Made by a program: the position numbers and the translations under genes. From a virus (Duplodnaviria > Caudoviricetes): a DNA stretch of 34,162 bases. Positions 9,637 to 19,354 of the stretch are shown piece after piece; positions within the stretch are counted from its first letter, which is position 1; every line of letters begins with the position of its first letter. The stretch is from positions 1-34,162 of the IMG/VR virus record IMGVR_UViG_3300049782_000084; one strand, 5' to 3'. Below the pieces are notes generated by a model. It did no database searches. It had not been told where the DNA came from and saw only the letters and a program-made list of their open reading frames with translations.

Positions 9637-9672
9637 CCCGGCAGGCGTGCCATGCGGGTCGCGCCTGCCGGG
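9637..9672 (+). terminator. Stem-loop after tail tube gene (terminator/attenuator)
   Basis: CCCGGCAGGCG ... CGCCTGCCGGG 11-bp perfect stem. Confidence 0.6.
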
Positions 9673-9704
9673 CCCCAACCCGCTACACCCGCGAGGAGCA
9701 CAGC

Positions 9705-10034
9705 ATGCCCAGCAAGACCGTCGGCACGGAGGTCGTCGACCTCAACGCGCTCGCCCAGCAGCGCCGCGACGCCCTGCCGAAGCCGACCACGTTCAACCTG
9801 TTCGACGTCGAGTTCACCCTGCCTCCGATCAAGAGCCTGCCGTTCGAGCTGCAGGAGCGCGTCGGCGACCTCGACAACACCGTCGAGGTCCTCAAGGACC
9901 TCCTCGGCCACGAGAAGGTGCGCGAGATGTACGCGGCCGGCTTCACGTTCGGCGACCTGGAGCTCATCGCGCAGGAGTGGCAGAAGCGCTCCGGGGCTGA
10001 GCCGGGGGAATCGCCGGCCTCCGCCGCTTCCTGA
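9705..10034 (+). CDS. Tail assembly chaperone (gpG-like)
   Basis: GAGGAG RBS, ATG 9705; between tail tube and tape measure; ends just after slippery site. Confidence 0.85.
   Translation: MPSKTVGTEVVDLNALAQQRRDALPKPTTFNLFDVEFTLPPIKSLPFELQERVGDLDNTVEVLKDLLGHEKVREMYAAGFTFGDLELIAQEWQKRSGAEPGESPASAAS
10004..10010 (+). other. Programmed -1 frameshift site GGGGGAA
   Basis: CCG GGG GAA (P-G-E); the -1 frame is open (GIAGLRRFLTEYGEAVEWDMARYW) through to 10453. Confidence 0.85.
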
Positions 10035-10453
10035 CGGAGTACGGGGAGGCCGTCGAGTGGGACATGGCCCGCTACTGGCCGGGCCGGTCCCTGCTGGAGC
10101 TGTACCGGGGGGAGATGTCGTGGCGTGAGCTGCGCGTGTTCCTCAAGTACCTGCCGACCGATTCGGCGACGGCGCGGGCGGTGCGCGGGTCCACGCCGGA
10201 GGAGGACGCCTGGACGCTGCAGATGCAACTGTTGGCGACGATCGCTGACGCGGTCAGGGAGAACACCTTCGCCACGGTGAAGCTCGGCGGCGACCCGAAG
10301 AAGACGGGCCGGCTGAAGCCGCCGAAGCCGATTCCGCGGCCGGGCGTAGAGGAGCCCGCCAAGAAGAGCAACGTGATCCGTTTCGGTGGCCGTCACGGCT
10401 CCGGAGCGAAGCAGTTGGCGCAGGTCTTCGGGAGGCCCGCCGCGAACCAGTGA
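10010..10453 (+). CDS. Tail assembly chaperone, frameshifted extension (gpGT-like)
   Basis: -1 frame continuation; LP.DSATARA, W.....LLA.IAD, PKPIPRPG motifs. Confidence 0.85.
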   Translation: MAGLRRFLTEYGEAVEWDMARYWPGRSLLELYRGEMSWRELRVFLKYLPTDSATARAVRGSTPEEDAWTLQMQLLATIADAVRENTFATVKLGGDPKKTGRLKPPKPIPRPGVEEPAKKSNVIRFGGRHGSGAKQLAQVFGRPAANQ

Positions 10454-10466
10454 CGGGGGTGTCGCG

Positions 10467-13400
10467 GTGGCCGGTGCTGGTGGCGTCCTCGTAGGACGCG
10501 GATACGTCTCCATTCGACCGGAGTTCGAGGGGGACTGGTCCCGCTCCGTCAACGCGCGCGCCTCGAGCGCGGGCCGGTCCGGGGCGGGTGCCTTCTCGAA
10601 GGCGTTCAGCGCGGGCTTGAAGGGGATCGGTGGCCTGGCCGCTGTGGCGGTCGGCGCGAATCTGTCGTCCGCCGCAGCCGCCGCCGCGGTACTCGCCCCT
10701 GCTCTGGCCACGGCTGGGGCTGCGGCGGGCGCCCTCAAGTTGGGCCTGACCGGTGTTGGTGAAGCGTTCAAGGCGGCTTTCGCGGACACCTCGGCGGACG
10801 CGGGCGCCGCCGCGTCGGCGACGAAGGCTGTCGAGTCGGCGCAGCGCGGGCTGGCGAACGCTCAGCGAGGGCTCGCGCAGGCGCGCGTGGACGCGGCCCG
10901 CCGTGTCGCGGACGCGCAGCGGCAGGTCGCCGACGCCGAGCGGGACCTCGTCGACGCGCAGCGGGACGCCCGCGAGGTGCAGGGGGAGCTGAACGACGCC
11001 CGCCGGGAGGCGGCGCGCGCCCTGCAGGACATGAACCAGCGGCTCGCTGAATCGCACCTCGACGAACGCGAGGCCGTTCTGCGGCTGAAGGAAGCCCAGG
11101 ACGAGCTCAAGGCGGCCCAGCAGAAGCCGGGCGTCACCCCGGACGAGCTGGAGCGGCTGCGGATCGCCTACGAGCGGGCGCGGCTCAACCTGACCGAGCA
11201 GCGCACGGAGACGGCCCGGCTCGCCGCAGACACGAAGAAGGCGAACAAGGCTGGCGTCGAGGGTTCAGAGCAGGTTGTCGCGGCCAAGGAGCGCATCGCC
11301 GACGCCAATCGGAACGTGGCGGACAAGGAGCGGGCGCTCGCGGATGCTCAGCGTGGCGTGGACGAGGCCCGCGCAGACGGCGCCCGGCAGATCGCCGACG
11401 CCCAGCGGGCCGTCGCTGACGCTGCCGCGGCGGTCGCGGACGCCCAAGCAGCGGCTGCGGCGCAGACGTCTGCGCTCGACACGGCAATGGCCAAGCTGGC
11501 GCCGAACGCCCGCTCGTTCGTCAACGCGGTCCGCGGCCTCGGGCCGGCGTGGACGGACATGCGGCTCGCCGTGCAGAACAGCCTCTTCCAGGGCCTCGAC
11601 GACACGGTCACCCAGCTCGGGCGGACAACCATCCCGATCCTGAAGCGACAGTTGACGGGCACCGCCACGGTCTGGAATCAGATCGCCAAGTCGGCGGCGT
11701 CGGGCGTCCAGGAGATGGCCAAGTCCGGGATGCTCGACCAGATCCTGGCCGGGGCGACGAAGAACCTCGCCGTCTTCAGAGACACCCCCAAGCAGATTCT
11801 CACCGCATTCGGGCAGCTCACCGTCGCCGCCCAGCCCGCATTCAATCGACTGCTCACCCAGTTCGCCGGCGCTGTCAAGAGCTTCACCGACGGAATCGCG
11901 GCGGGCTTCGAATCGGGCGGCCTGCAGGCGGCCATCGACACCGCGTTTCAGATCCTTTCGGGATTCGGCACGCTGATCGGCAACGTCCTCGGAACCGTCA
12001 AGGAAATCTTCCGGGCCGCCTCCGATGCGGGCGGCCAGATCGTCGGCGTGCTCGGATCCGTCTTCGGCGAGATCAAGAACATTCTCGCGGCGCCCGAGAT
12101 GCAGGCCCAGTTGCGGCAGCTGTTCGCGTCGGTGGCGCAGATCGTTGGCGCGCTCGTTCCTGTGATCGGGGCGATCGTGCAGGCGGTCGTGCCGCTCGCG
12201 GCGGCGCTCGCGCAGCCGATCGCCGAACTTGCCGTCGTTCTCGGCCCGGTCCTGCAGCAGCTCGTGACCACCCTGGGCGCGGCCCTGATGCCGGTCATCC
12301 AGGCTCTGATGCCGGTGCTGGTGCAGGTCGGTACCGCGATCGTGGAGATCGTCCGCGCGGTGATGCCGTTGCTGAAGCCGATCGCCGACCTGATCGCAGG
12401 GGTCATTCTGGCGCTGGCGCCTGCGCTGACGCCGATCCTCTCGGTGGTGCAGCAGCTCGTCGGCGTGCTCGTCGGGCCCCTCACCCAGATCGTGCGTGCC
12501 CTCACTCCGGTTCTGATCCAGGTTGGCGGGATCATCGCTCAGGTGTTCCGGGCGCTGGAGCCGTTCCTTGCGCCCCTCGTCCGCCTGATCGGACAGGTCG
12601 CAGAGCTGATCGCGAAGGTGTTCGCGGTCGCCCTGCAGCAGCTGATGAGGGCGATCCAGCCGCTGATCCCGATCGGGATGCGCCTCCTCGACGAGGTGTT
12701 CACCGCGCTGATGCCGATCCTTCCCAGTCTTGGCGACACGATCGGTGTCATCGCTACCGCGTTCCTGTCGATGGTCGGCCCGCTGGGGCAGGTTTTCGCC
12801 GGTCTCGCCCGGCAGCTCCTGCCGATCGTCGTCAAGCTGGTCCCGGTCATCGGCGACATGGCGGGCTTGCTCGCCGGCACGCTTGCGCAGGTGCTGCCGA
12901 TCCTCGCCGACGCCTTCATGGAGTTGGTGGCTGCGATCGTGCCGATCCTGCCGACGCTCGGCAATCTGCTCGGCCTGGTTCTGGGGATGGCGGCGGGCTT
13001 GATCGTGCAGCTGCTGCCGTCGCTGGTGCAGCTCATCAAGGCGAGCGTGCAGCTGCTGGTGGCTCTGCTGCCGATTCTGCCGCCGCTCGCTGAGCTGATC
13101 GGCCTGGTGGTGCGGCTGGCGGTCGGGGTGCTGAACCGGCTGCTGCCGCCTCTGCTGAGCCTGGCGAAGTTCCTGATCGGCGGCCTGGCGAAGGCGATCA
13201 CCACGGTGATCGGCTGGGTGTCGGGTCTCATCAAGGTGATCGCAAGCATGATCACCTGGGTGACGACCCGGCTCGGGCCGGCCATGCACTGGCTGCGCGA
13301 CAAGGTCGTGGTGCCGGTGTGGAACGGCATCCGCAACGTCATCGGCACCGCATGGGACTGGCTGAAGAAGAACGTCTTCTCGCCGATCGGCACCTTCTTC

Positions 13401-14792
13401 ACCAGGACCATCCCGGGCTGGGCGACCACCCTGAAGGACAAGGTGGTCGGCGCCTTCAACCTGGCCAAGGACGGCATCAAGACCGCCTGGGACAAGCTGA
13501 AGACCATCACCCGGGCACCGATCCAGTTCGTCGTCGACGTCGTCTACAACAAGGGCATCGTCGGCGTCTGGAACAAGATTGCTGGGGCGTTCGGTGCGCC
13601 CAAGCTGACGACGTTCAAGTTCGCCCGAGGCGGCATCCTGCCCGGCTACACGCCGGGCCGGGACCCGCACAAGTTCTACTCCCCGTCGGGCATGGCGCTG
13701 GAGATGTCGGGCGGCGAGTCCATCATGCGCCCGGAGTTCACCCGGGGCGTGGGCAGCGGCTTCGTCTCCTACTTCAACCGGCTGGCGAAGTCGCGCGGGG
13801 CAGAGGGCGTCCGACGGGCCCTCGCACCCGTGCTGGGCGGAGACCCGAACACTCCGACCGACCGGTCCCTGCGCTACGCCAACGGCGGCCTGGTGCAGCG
13901 GTTCGCCGACGGTGGCATCTTCGGCTGGATCAAGAGCGCGGGCTCTGCGGCTCTGGGCGCGGGCTCCGCCACCTGGAACAAGATCAAGGAATCGGCGAAG
14001 TGGCTGAAGGACACGCTCGAAGCGTCCGCGCGCGCGGGCGTGAAGAACGTCGTCGACCCGCTGCTACGCAACTTCCCCGGCGCCGACACCGGCTTCGGGA
14101 AGATGCTCCGCCGTATCCCGACCAGGATGATCGACGCCCTGTTCGGCTACGGCAAGGAGGCCGACAAGCAGGGCGGCGGCGGCATCGGCGGACCCCGCAT
14201 CCAGGCGGCGCTGCGCTGGGCCCGCACCCAGAACGGCTTGCCCTACCAGTGGGGCGGCAACGGCAACCCCAGCTGGGACTGCTCCGGTTTCATGAGCGCC
14301 ATCGAGTCCGTGATCCGTGGGCAGAAGCCGCACCGCCGCTGGTCGACGCACGCCTTCCACGGGAAGACGGCACCGCCCGGCTGGGTGTACCACGGCAACT
14401 CGCCGTTCCGCATCGGCATCACCGCGGCTGGCGTCGGCCACACGGCGGGCACCCTCGGCCGCACCAAGGTCGAGTCCCGCGGTGGTGACGGCGTGGTCGT
14501 GGGCCCGCGGGCGCGCGGCTACAACGACCGGCTCTTCACCAGCTGGTACGGGTTCCAGCCTGGCAAGTACGACAACGGGGGCTTCCTCCAGCCGGGCTTC
14601 AACCTCGCCTACAACGGCACCGGCCGGCCGGAGCCGGTGCTCACCGGGGCCCAGTTCAACGCGCTCGCGCGCGCGGACGAGGGCCCGATCACGGTGGAGA
14701 TCCACACGCAGGATCGGGCGCTCGCCGAGTTCATCGACGTGCGCGTCCACCGCAACAACCGCGAGTTTCTGGCCGTCATCGACGCAAGCTGA
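10467..14792 (+). CDS. Tape measure protein with C-terminal NlpC/P60 peptidoglycan hydrolase domain
   Basis: VGRGYVSIRP N-terminus, long Ala-rich coiled coil, amphipathic Pro-punctuated repeats, W-periodic segment; GLPYQWGG...WDCSGF...GHT. Confidence 0.95.
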   Translation: MAGAGGVLVGRGYVSIRPEFEGDWSRSVNARASSAGRSGAGAFSKAFSAGLKGIGGLAAVAVGANLSSAAAAAAVLAPALATAGAAAGALKLGLTGVGEAFKAAFADTSADAGAAASATKAVESAQRGLANAQRGLAQARVDAARRVADAQRQVADAERDLVDAQRDAREVQGELNDARREAARALQDMNQRLAESHLDEREAVLRLKEAQDELKAAQQKPGVTPDELERLRIAYERARLNLTEQRTETARLAADTKKANKAGVEGSEQVVAAKERIADANRNVADKERALADAQRGVDEARADGARQIADAQRAVADAAAAVADAQAAAAAQTSALDTAMAKLAPNARSFVNAVRGLGPAWTDMRLAVQNSLFQGLDDTVTQLGRTTIPILKRQLTGTATVWNQIAKSAASGVQEMAKSGMLDQILAGATKNLAVFRDTPKQILTAFGQLTVAAQPAFNRLLTQFAGAVKSFTDGIAAGFESGGLQAAIDTAFQILSGFGTLIGNVLGTVKEIFRAASDAGGQIVGVLGSVFGEIKNILAAPEMQAQLRQLFASVAQIVGALVPVIGAIVQAVVPLAAALAQPIAELAVVLGPVLQQLVTTLGAALMPVIQALMPVLVQVGTAIVEIVRAVMPLLKPIADLIAGVILALAPALTPILSVVQQLVGVLVGPLTQIVRALTPVLIQVGGIIAQVFRALEPFLAPLVRLIGQVAELIAKVFAVALQQLMRAIQPLIPIGMRLLDEVFTALMPILPSLGDTIGVIATAFLSMVGPLGQVFAGLARQLLPIVVKLVPVIGDMAGLLAGTLAQVLPILADAFMELVAAIVPILPTLGNLLGLVLGMAAGLIVQLLPSLVQLIKASVQLLVALLPILPPLAELIGLVVRLAVGVLNRLLPPLLSLAKFLIGGLAKAITTVIGWVSGLIKVIASMITWVTTRLGPAMHWLRDKVVVPVWNGIRNVIGTAWDWLKKNVFSPIGTFFTRTIPGWATTLKDKVVGAFNLAKDGIKTAWDKLKTITRAPIQFVVDVVYNKGIVGVWNKIAGAFGAPKLTTFKFARGGILPGYTPGRDPHKFYSPSGMALEMSGGESIMRPEFTRGVGSGFVSYFNRLAKSRGAEGVRRALAPVLGGDPNTPTDRSLRYANGGLVQRFADGGIFGWIKSAGSAALGAGSATWNKIKESAKWLKDTLEASARAGVKNVVDPLLRNFPGADTGFGKMLRRIPTRMIDALFGYGKEADKQGGGGIGGPRIQAALRWARTQNGLPYQWGGNGNPSWDCSGFMSAIESVIRGQKPHRRWSTHAFHGKTAPPGWVYHGNSPFRIGITAAGVGHTAGTLGRTKVESRGGDGVVVGPRARGYNDRLFTSWYGFQPGKYDNGGFLQPGFNLAYNGTGRPEPVLTGAQFNALARADEGPITVEIHTQDRALAEFIDVRVHRNNREFLAVIDAS

Positions 14793-14802
14793 GGGAGGTC
14801 AC

Positions 14803-17034
14803 GTGGCGATCCCCGGGAACTTCCTCAGCGCGTCGACGGAGAGCATGGATCCGTCGATCTCCGGCTGGACGGCCAAGCTCAACTGCACCCTGTCGAAGGG
14901 TACGGGCGGCCGGTCCGGGGACGGCGTCCTGACGGTCAAGTCGGTGGCGGCGGGCGAGATGCAGGCCCGCACCGTCTCCTCGTACCCGGTGACGGCGGGC
15001 ACGCTGTACCAAGCCTTCGCGGACGCGTCGGGTGCGACGGTGCCGGAGCGGATCGGGATCCGCTGGCTCACCAGCACGGGCACCGAGGTCAGCATCACGT
15101 GGTCGCTGACCACCAGCGCAGCTTCGGCGTCGTGGCACCGGATTGCGGTGGCGGGCACCTGCCCGGCGGGGGCGACGCAGGCGCAGGTGCTGCTGTCGTC
15201 CACCCCGGCCGCCGGGCTCGTCAACTCGTTCTACGAGAACGTGTACCTGGGCCTGCCGATCCGGACGCCCGGCAACCTGTTCGACGTCAACTCCGAGTCG
15301 ACGGAGGTGGACGCCTCCGGGTGGACGGTCGAGACGAACTGCACGCTCGCCCGCCAAGTGCCTCCCATCTCGTGGGATGTGACCTGGTATTACGCGGGCG
15401 GCCATACCATGGCCATGACGGCGACGGCCTCCGCGAACGCAGCAATGCGCATGACGGCACGCCCTGTGGTCACGCCGGGCACCGAGTACCTGGGCTACAT
15501 CTACCTCAACCCGCCCACCTCCGGTTCGACGACCTGGGTCGAGTTGCGGTTCTACGACTCGGGCGGCACCCAGATCCAGGCGACCCGCTCCACGCTGGCC
15601 GCTCCCGGGACAGGCTTCTACCGGCAGGTGGTGTCGGATACGGCGCCCGCGAACGCGGCGTCGTGCGCTCTCGCCGTGGGTATCGACAGCGCGACGGCCG
15701 GCCAGGTGCTGCGGGTGGACACGGCGGTCGTCCGCACGGTGGTGCCGATCAAGGCCGGTACCGTCATCCCCTACGCCAACGGGTCGTTCGAGCAGTCCGC
15801 GGGCGGGTGGACGGTCACCTCCGGTGTGGCGACGGCAGCCCGGTCCAGCCCGTGGGGGACGGCCGCCTATCTCGGCTCCTACTCGCTCGCCGTTTCGTCG
15901 GCTACCGCCACCTCGTCGACGTGGCGCAGCGGAATGTTCGCCGTACCGAACGCACCCGGGCTGAACTGGCGGGCTCAGATCGTCTGCCGCCTGAACACGG
16001 GCTCATGGACGACCGTCACAGTGAAAATCCGCTGGTACGACGCGTCCAACGTCGACCTGGGCGCCTCCACGGGCACCTCCTACAGCTTGCCTGCCGGCAT
16101 CTGGGGTGCGATGCCCACCGATGCGATCGCCCCGGCCAACGCCGCGAAGGCCGCGATCGAGGTCGTCGGGGTGGCGGGTACTGCGCCGTCCAGCCTCTGG
16201 ATGGACGGGGCCGCGTTGTGGCAGGTGCTGCCGCTGACGGACGTCGTCGAGAACGACGCGGAGGCGTACAACACGCTGACGCTGCGGGAGCTGACCGTCG
16301 ACGGCCTGGTCACCGTGTACCGGGTGACGGCGGACGGCACCCGCACGCTGGTGCGCGGCCCGTCCGGACTGATCGACCGGGATGTGATCACCTCCGACCT
16401 GCTGGTGATCGAGGACCATGAGGCGCCGCTCGAGGTGCCGCTCTACTACCACATCGAGATGTACACCTCCGCCGGAGTCCTGTCGGGGACCCGCTCCTCC
16501 GCGACGGTCACCCTCGACCACGACGACGTGAACCTCGCCTGGCTGAAAGACCCGGGCTACCCGACGAGGAACTGCCTGGTGATGGTGCAGCGGGCGCCGG
16601 ACTGGCAGCGGCCCATCGAGCAGGCCGCCTACGTCGTCCGAGGCCGCCGCAACAAGGTCGTCCTCAGTGGCACACGCCAGGGCCTCGAGGGGGAGCTCAC
16701 CGTCTACACCCGCTCCGACCAGGAAAGGGCAGCACTCCACACCCTCCTCGACTCCGGGAACGTGCTGCTGTGGCAAGCCGCACCGGGCATGGGCGTGACG
16801 GACATGTACGTCAGCGTCGGCCAGATCACCGAGGCCCGGGTGGGCGCGCTCGCACAGGAGGAATGGCGGCTGTGGACGCTGCCCCTCGTCGAGGCGGACA
16901 TGCCCGTCGAGGTCGGCGTCAACGGGGCCGCGGGCCGCACCTGGCAGGACATCCTCGCCGAGAACACCACGTGGCAGCAGGTCCTGGACCGGTACGCCAC
17001 CTGGGAGGACGTGTTCCTCAACCGGCCGAAGTAG
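14803..17034 (+). CDS. Distal-tail-like protein with three N-terminal carbohydrate-binding-like repeats
   Basis: GGGAGG RBS, GTG 14803; three repeats ES/GSFE...GWT...I.W/FYD..G..I...APANA; C-terminal EDHEAPL...AWLKDP...V.GR domain. Confidence 0.8.
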   Translation: MAIPGNFLSASTESMDPSISGWTAKLNCTLSKGTGGRSGDGVLTVKSVAAGEMQARTVSSYPVTAGTLYQAFADASGATVPERIGIRWLTSTGTEVSITWSLTTSAASASWHRIAVAGTCPAGATQAQVLLSSTPAAGLVNSFYENVYLGLPIRTPGNLFDVNSESTEVDASGWTVETNCTLARQVPPISWDVTWYYAGGHTMAMTATASANAAMRMTARPVVTPGTEYLGYIYLNPPTSGSTTWVELRFYDSGGTQIQATRSTLAAPGTGFYRQVVSDTAPANAASCALAVGIDSATAGQVLRVDTAVVRTVVPIKAGTVIPYANGSFEQSAGGWTVTSGVATAARSSPWGTAAYLGSYSLAVSSATATSSTWRSGMFAVPNAPGLNWRAQIVCRLNTGSWTTVTVKIRWYDASNVDLGASTGTSYSLPAGIWGAMPTDAIAPANAAKAAIEVVGVAGTAPSSLWMDGAALWQVLPLTDVVENDAEAYNTLTLRELTVDGLVTVYRVTADGTRTLVRGPSGLIDRDVITSDLLVIEDHEAPLEVPLYYHIEMYTSAGVLSGTRSSATVTLDHDDVNLAWLKDPGYPTRNCLVMVQRAPDWQRPIEQAAYVVRGRRNKVVLSGTRQGLEGELTVYTRSDQERAALHTLLDSGNVLLWQAAPGMGVTDMYVSVGQITEARVGALAQEEWRLWTLPLVEADMPVEVGVNGAAGRTWQDILAENTTWQQVLDRYATWEDVFLNRPK

Positions 17035-17043
17035 GGGGCGCCC

Positions 17044-18135
17044 GTGTATCCCGTCTCCGACCGGTTCCTGGCCCGGATCGCCGAATCCCACCAGGTCGCC
17101 ACGCAGGTGCAGCTGATGATGACGGACGGCCGGGTCATCGACCTGCCGCACACGGGCGGGTCGGTGACCGTGGACCGCGGGCAGGCCATCCGCCGCACCT
17201 GCACCGTCACGGTCGCCGACCCGGCCCTGATCCCGCGCACCCCGTCGGATCAGCTCGCCACCTACGGGGCCCGCCTGCGGATCAGCCGCGGCGTCTACTA
17301 CGGCGACGGCACCAGCGAGCTCGTCCCGCTGGGCGTGTTCAGACTCGACAGCGTCGAGGGCGATGTCAACGAGGGCCCGGTCACCCTGTCCGGCAAAGAT
17401 CTTGCGGCGGTCATCCAGGACGACAAGTTCACCGCGACGTTCCCGGTGGGCGGGACCGTGCTCAGCGCCGTCACCTCGATCATCCAGCGGTCTCTGCCGG
17501 ATGCGGAGGTCGTCTCCACCGTCACCGATCCGGCGATCGGCCGCAGGACGTTCGATATCGAGGCCGACCCGTGGGCCGCAGCGCAGGAGGTCGCGGCGGC
17601 GGCCGGCGCGGAGGTGTACCCGAACGCCGACGGCACGTTCGTCCTCGCCACCTTGCCGGACATCCTCACCACCACGCCCGTGTGGGAGATCGCGGCGGGG
17701 GAGGGCGGCTCCTACATCCGCGCCACCCGCGGCATGACCAGCGACCGCGTGTACAACGGCGTCCTCGCTCGCGGCGAGAACACCGCCGACGGCGTCGCCC
17801 CCGTCTCCGCCCTCGTCGTGGACACGGACACCTCGAGCCCCACCTACTGGAGCGGCCCCTACGGGCGGCGCCCCTACTTCTACTCCTCGTCGACGCTGAT
17901 CTCGGTGGCTGCCTGCACGAACGCGGCCACGCTGAAGCTCGCGCAGCTGAAGGCGCCGAACGCGTCGGGCGACATCAGCTCCCTGCCGAACCCGGCGCTC
18001 GAGCCCGGGGACGTCATACGGATCGTCCACCCGGACGGTAGCCGCGAACTCCAGCAGGTCGCCTCGTTCTCCGTCCCGCTGAGCGAAGGCGGCGACTTTC
18101 CCATCACCACCATCAGCGCCAAGGAGGACGCGTGA
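17044..18135 (+). CDS. Baseplate hub/Tal-like minor tail protein (DUF5047-like)
   Basis: MYPVS.RFL..I..SH, GGSVTVDR...IRRTC, VPLGVFR, YNGV.A.GE, PNPALEPGDVI. Confidence 0.85.
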   Translation: MYPVSDRFLARIAESHQVATQVQLMMTDGRVIDLPHTGGSVTVDRGQAIRRTCTVTVADPALIPRTPSDQLATYGARLRISRGVYYGDGTSELVPLGVFRLDSVEGDVNEGPVTLSGKDLAAVIQDDKFTATFPVGGTVLSAVTSIIQRSLPDAEVVSTVTDPAIGRRTFDIEADPWAAAQEVAAAAGAEVYPNADGTFVLATLPDILTTTPVWEIAAGEGGSYIRATRGMTSDRVYNGVLARGENTADGVAPVSALVVDTDTSSPTYWSGPYGRRPYFYSSSTLISVAACTNAATLKLAQLKAPNASGDISSLPNPALEPGDVIRIVHPDGSRELQQVASFSVPLSEGGDFPITTISAKEDA

Positions 18136-18734
18136 CGAAGAGCGCCCTCGGCACCCACCGCGACCTCGCCTACGCACTCAAACAGCAGGCCCGCCGGACG
18201 GGGGAGCGGAACCCCTTCTCCGACTGGCGGCAGGCCACCGTCACCGCCGTCAACGCCGACGGCACCATCAACGCGGACGGCATCCCAGGCATCCGCCGCT
18301 GGGACGGCTACGTCCAGCCCGTCATCGGCGACGTCATCGTCATCACCCAGTCCAGCAACGGGAACTGGCTGGCCTGGGGGCGGCCGGTGCCGACCACCGG
18401 AGACGACTGGCAGACGCCCACACTCACCGCGCCGTGGATCAACTACCCGGGCGGCGGCAACTACCAGCCCGCCAGGTACAAGCGGCTCCCCGACAGGACC
18501 GTCGTCCTCGAGGGCCTCATCGCCTCCAACGGCGTGTCCGTGTCCGGCATCAGCAACGCCCTGACGCTGCCCGCCGGATACCGGCCGACCGCCACGCTCG
18601 TCTTCGCAACCATGTCCACCGGCGGCACGGCCCGCCAACTGGAGATCGTCGAAACCGGCGTCGTGAGGTTCGCAGCCCTGCCGGCCGGGGCCGTCGGCTA
18701 CATCTCCATCAGCTGTCGATTCCAGGCCGCATAG
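18132..18734 (+). CDS. Minor tail protein
   Basis: N-terminal ATVTAV..DGT...Y.P.IGDV; C-terminal W...TL...W...LP.GYRP beta domain. Confidence 0.8.
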   Translation: MTKSALGTHRDLAYALKQQARRTGERNPFSDWRQATVTAVNADGTINADGIPGIRRWDGYVQPVIGDVIVITQSSNGNWLAWGRPVPTTGDDWQTPTLTAPWINYPGGGNYQPARYKRLPDRTVVLEGLIASNGVSVSGISNALTLPAGYRPTATLVFATMSTGGTARQLEIVETGVVRFAALPAGAVGYISISCRFQAA

Positions 18735-18748
18735 GAAGGGAGGGCCCG

Positions 18749-19354
18749 ATGGCTACCACCGACGACTACGGCCAGGGCGTGACAATTGCGTCCCTCACGG
18801 ACGCCCCGAACGCCGAGACCCTGGCGAAGAACATCGCCAACGCGCTTGCACAGCGCGGCGTGATGCGGTTCGCGTCCGCCTCCGCACGGGCGGCCACCCT
18901 CACCTCCCCGGTGGAGGGCATGACGACGTGGCTGCAAGACGTGAACCTGCTGTACGTGTACGACGGCAGCAGCTGGATCGCGCAGCCCACCACCGTCATG
19001 GACTGGACGCCGCTCACCAGCCTCGGCAGCTTCTCGGGCGGGTTCTCCGCCTCGGCCCCCGCCCCCCGCATGCGCAAGATCAACCTGTTGGGGACGGAGA
19101 TCTGGGAGTACGAGGGCCGCATCACCGCCAGCAGCCTGTCGCCCGCGACGACCAGCACCATGTTCACCTTCAACAGCGGGCACCGGCCCGTGTCGGGGCG
19201 GGGCTTCATGGTCTACAACAGCTCGCACTACGCGGCCCGGCTCACCATCACCCAGACCGGGCCCATGACCATCAGCGTTCCCACCGAGGCGGGCTCGGGC
19301 GTCACCACGATCTACCTCGACGGCGTCCGCATCACCAACCCCGCAGCAGCATGA
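18749..19354 (+). CDS. Minor tail/receptor-binding protein
   Basis: TDDYGQGV...L.DAP, MRFASASAR.A.L..PVEGM..WL....YVYDGSSW. Confidence 0.8.
   Translation: MATTDDYGQGVTIASLTDAPNAETLAKNIANALAQRGVMRFASASARAATLTSPVEGMTTWLQDVNLLYVYDGSSWIAQPTTVMDWTPLTSLGSFSGGFSASAPAPRMRKINLLGTEIWEYEGRITASSLSPATTSTMFTFNSGHRPVSGRGFMVYNSSHYAARLTITQTGPMTISVPTEAGSGVTTIYLDGVRITNPAAA

Noticed and set aside
11265-13670. 801-aa minus-strand ORF and similar long antisense or alternate-frame ORFs (e.g. 16003-18177, 3399-5183, 4820-6553)
   Set aside because: Shadow ORFs of high-GC3 genes; they overlap well-supported phage genes and have no recognisable motifs
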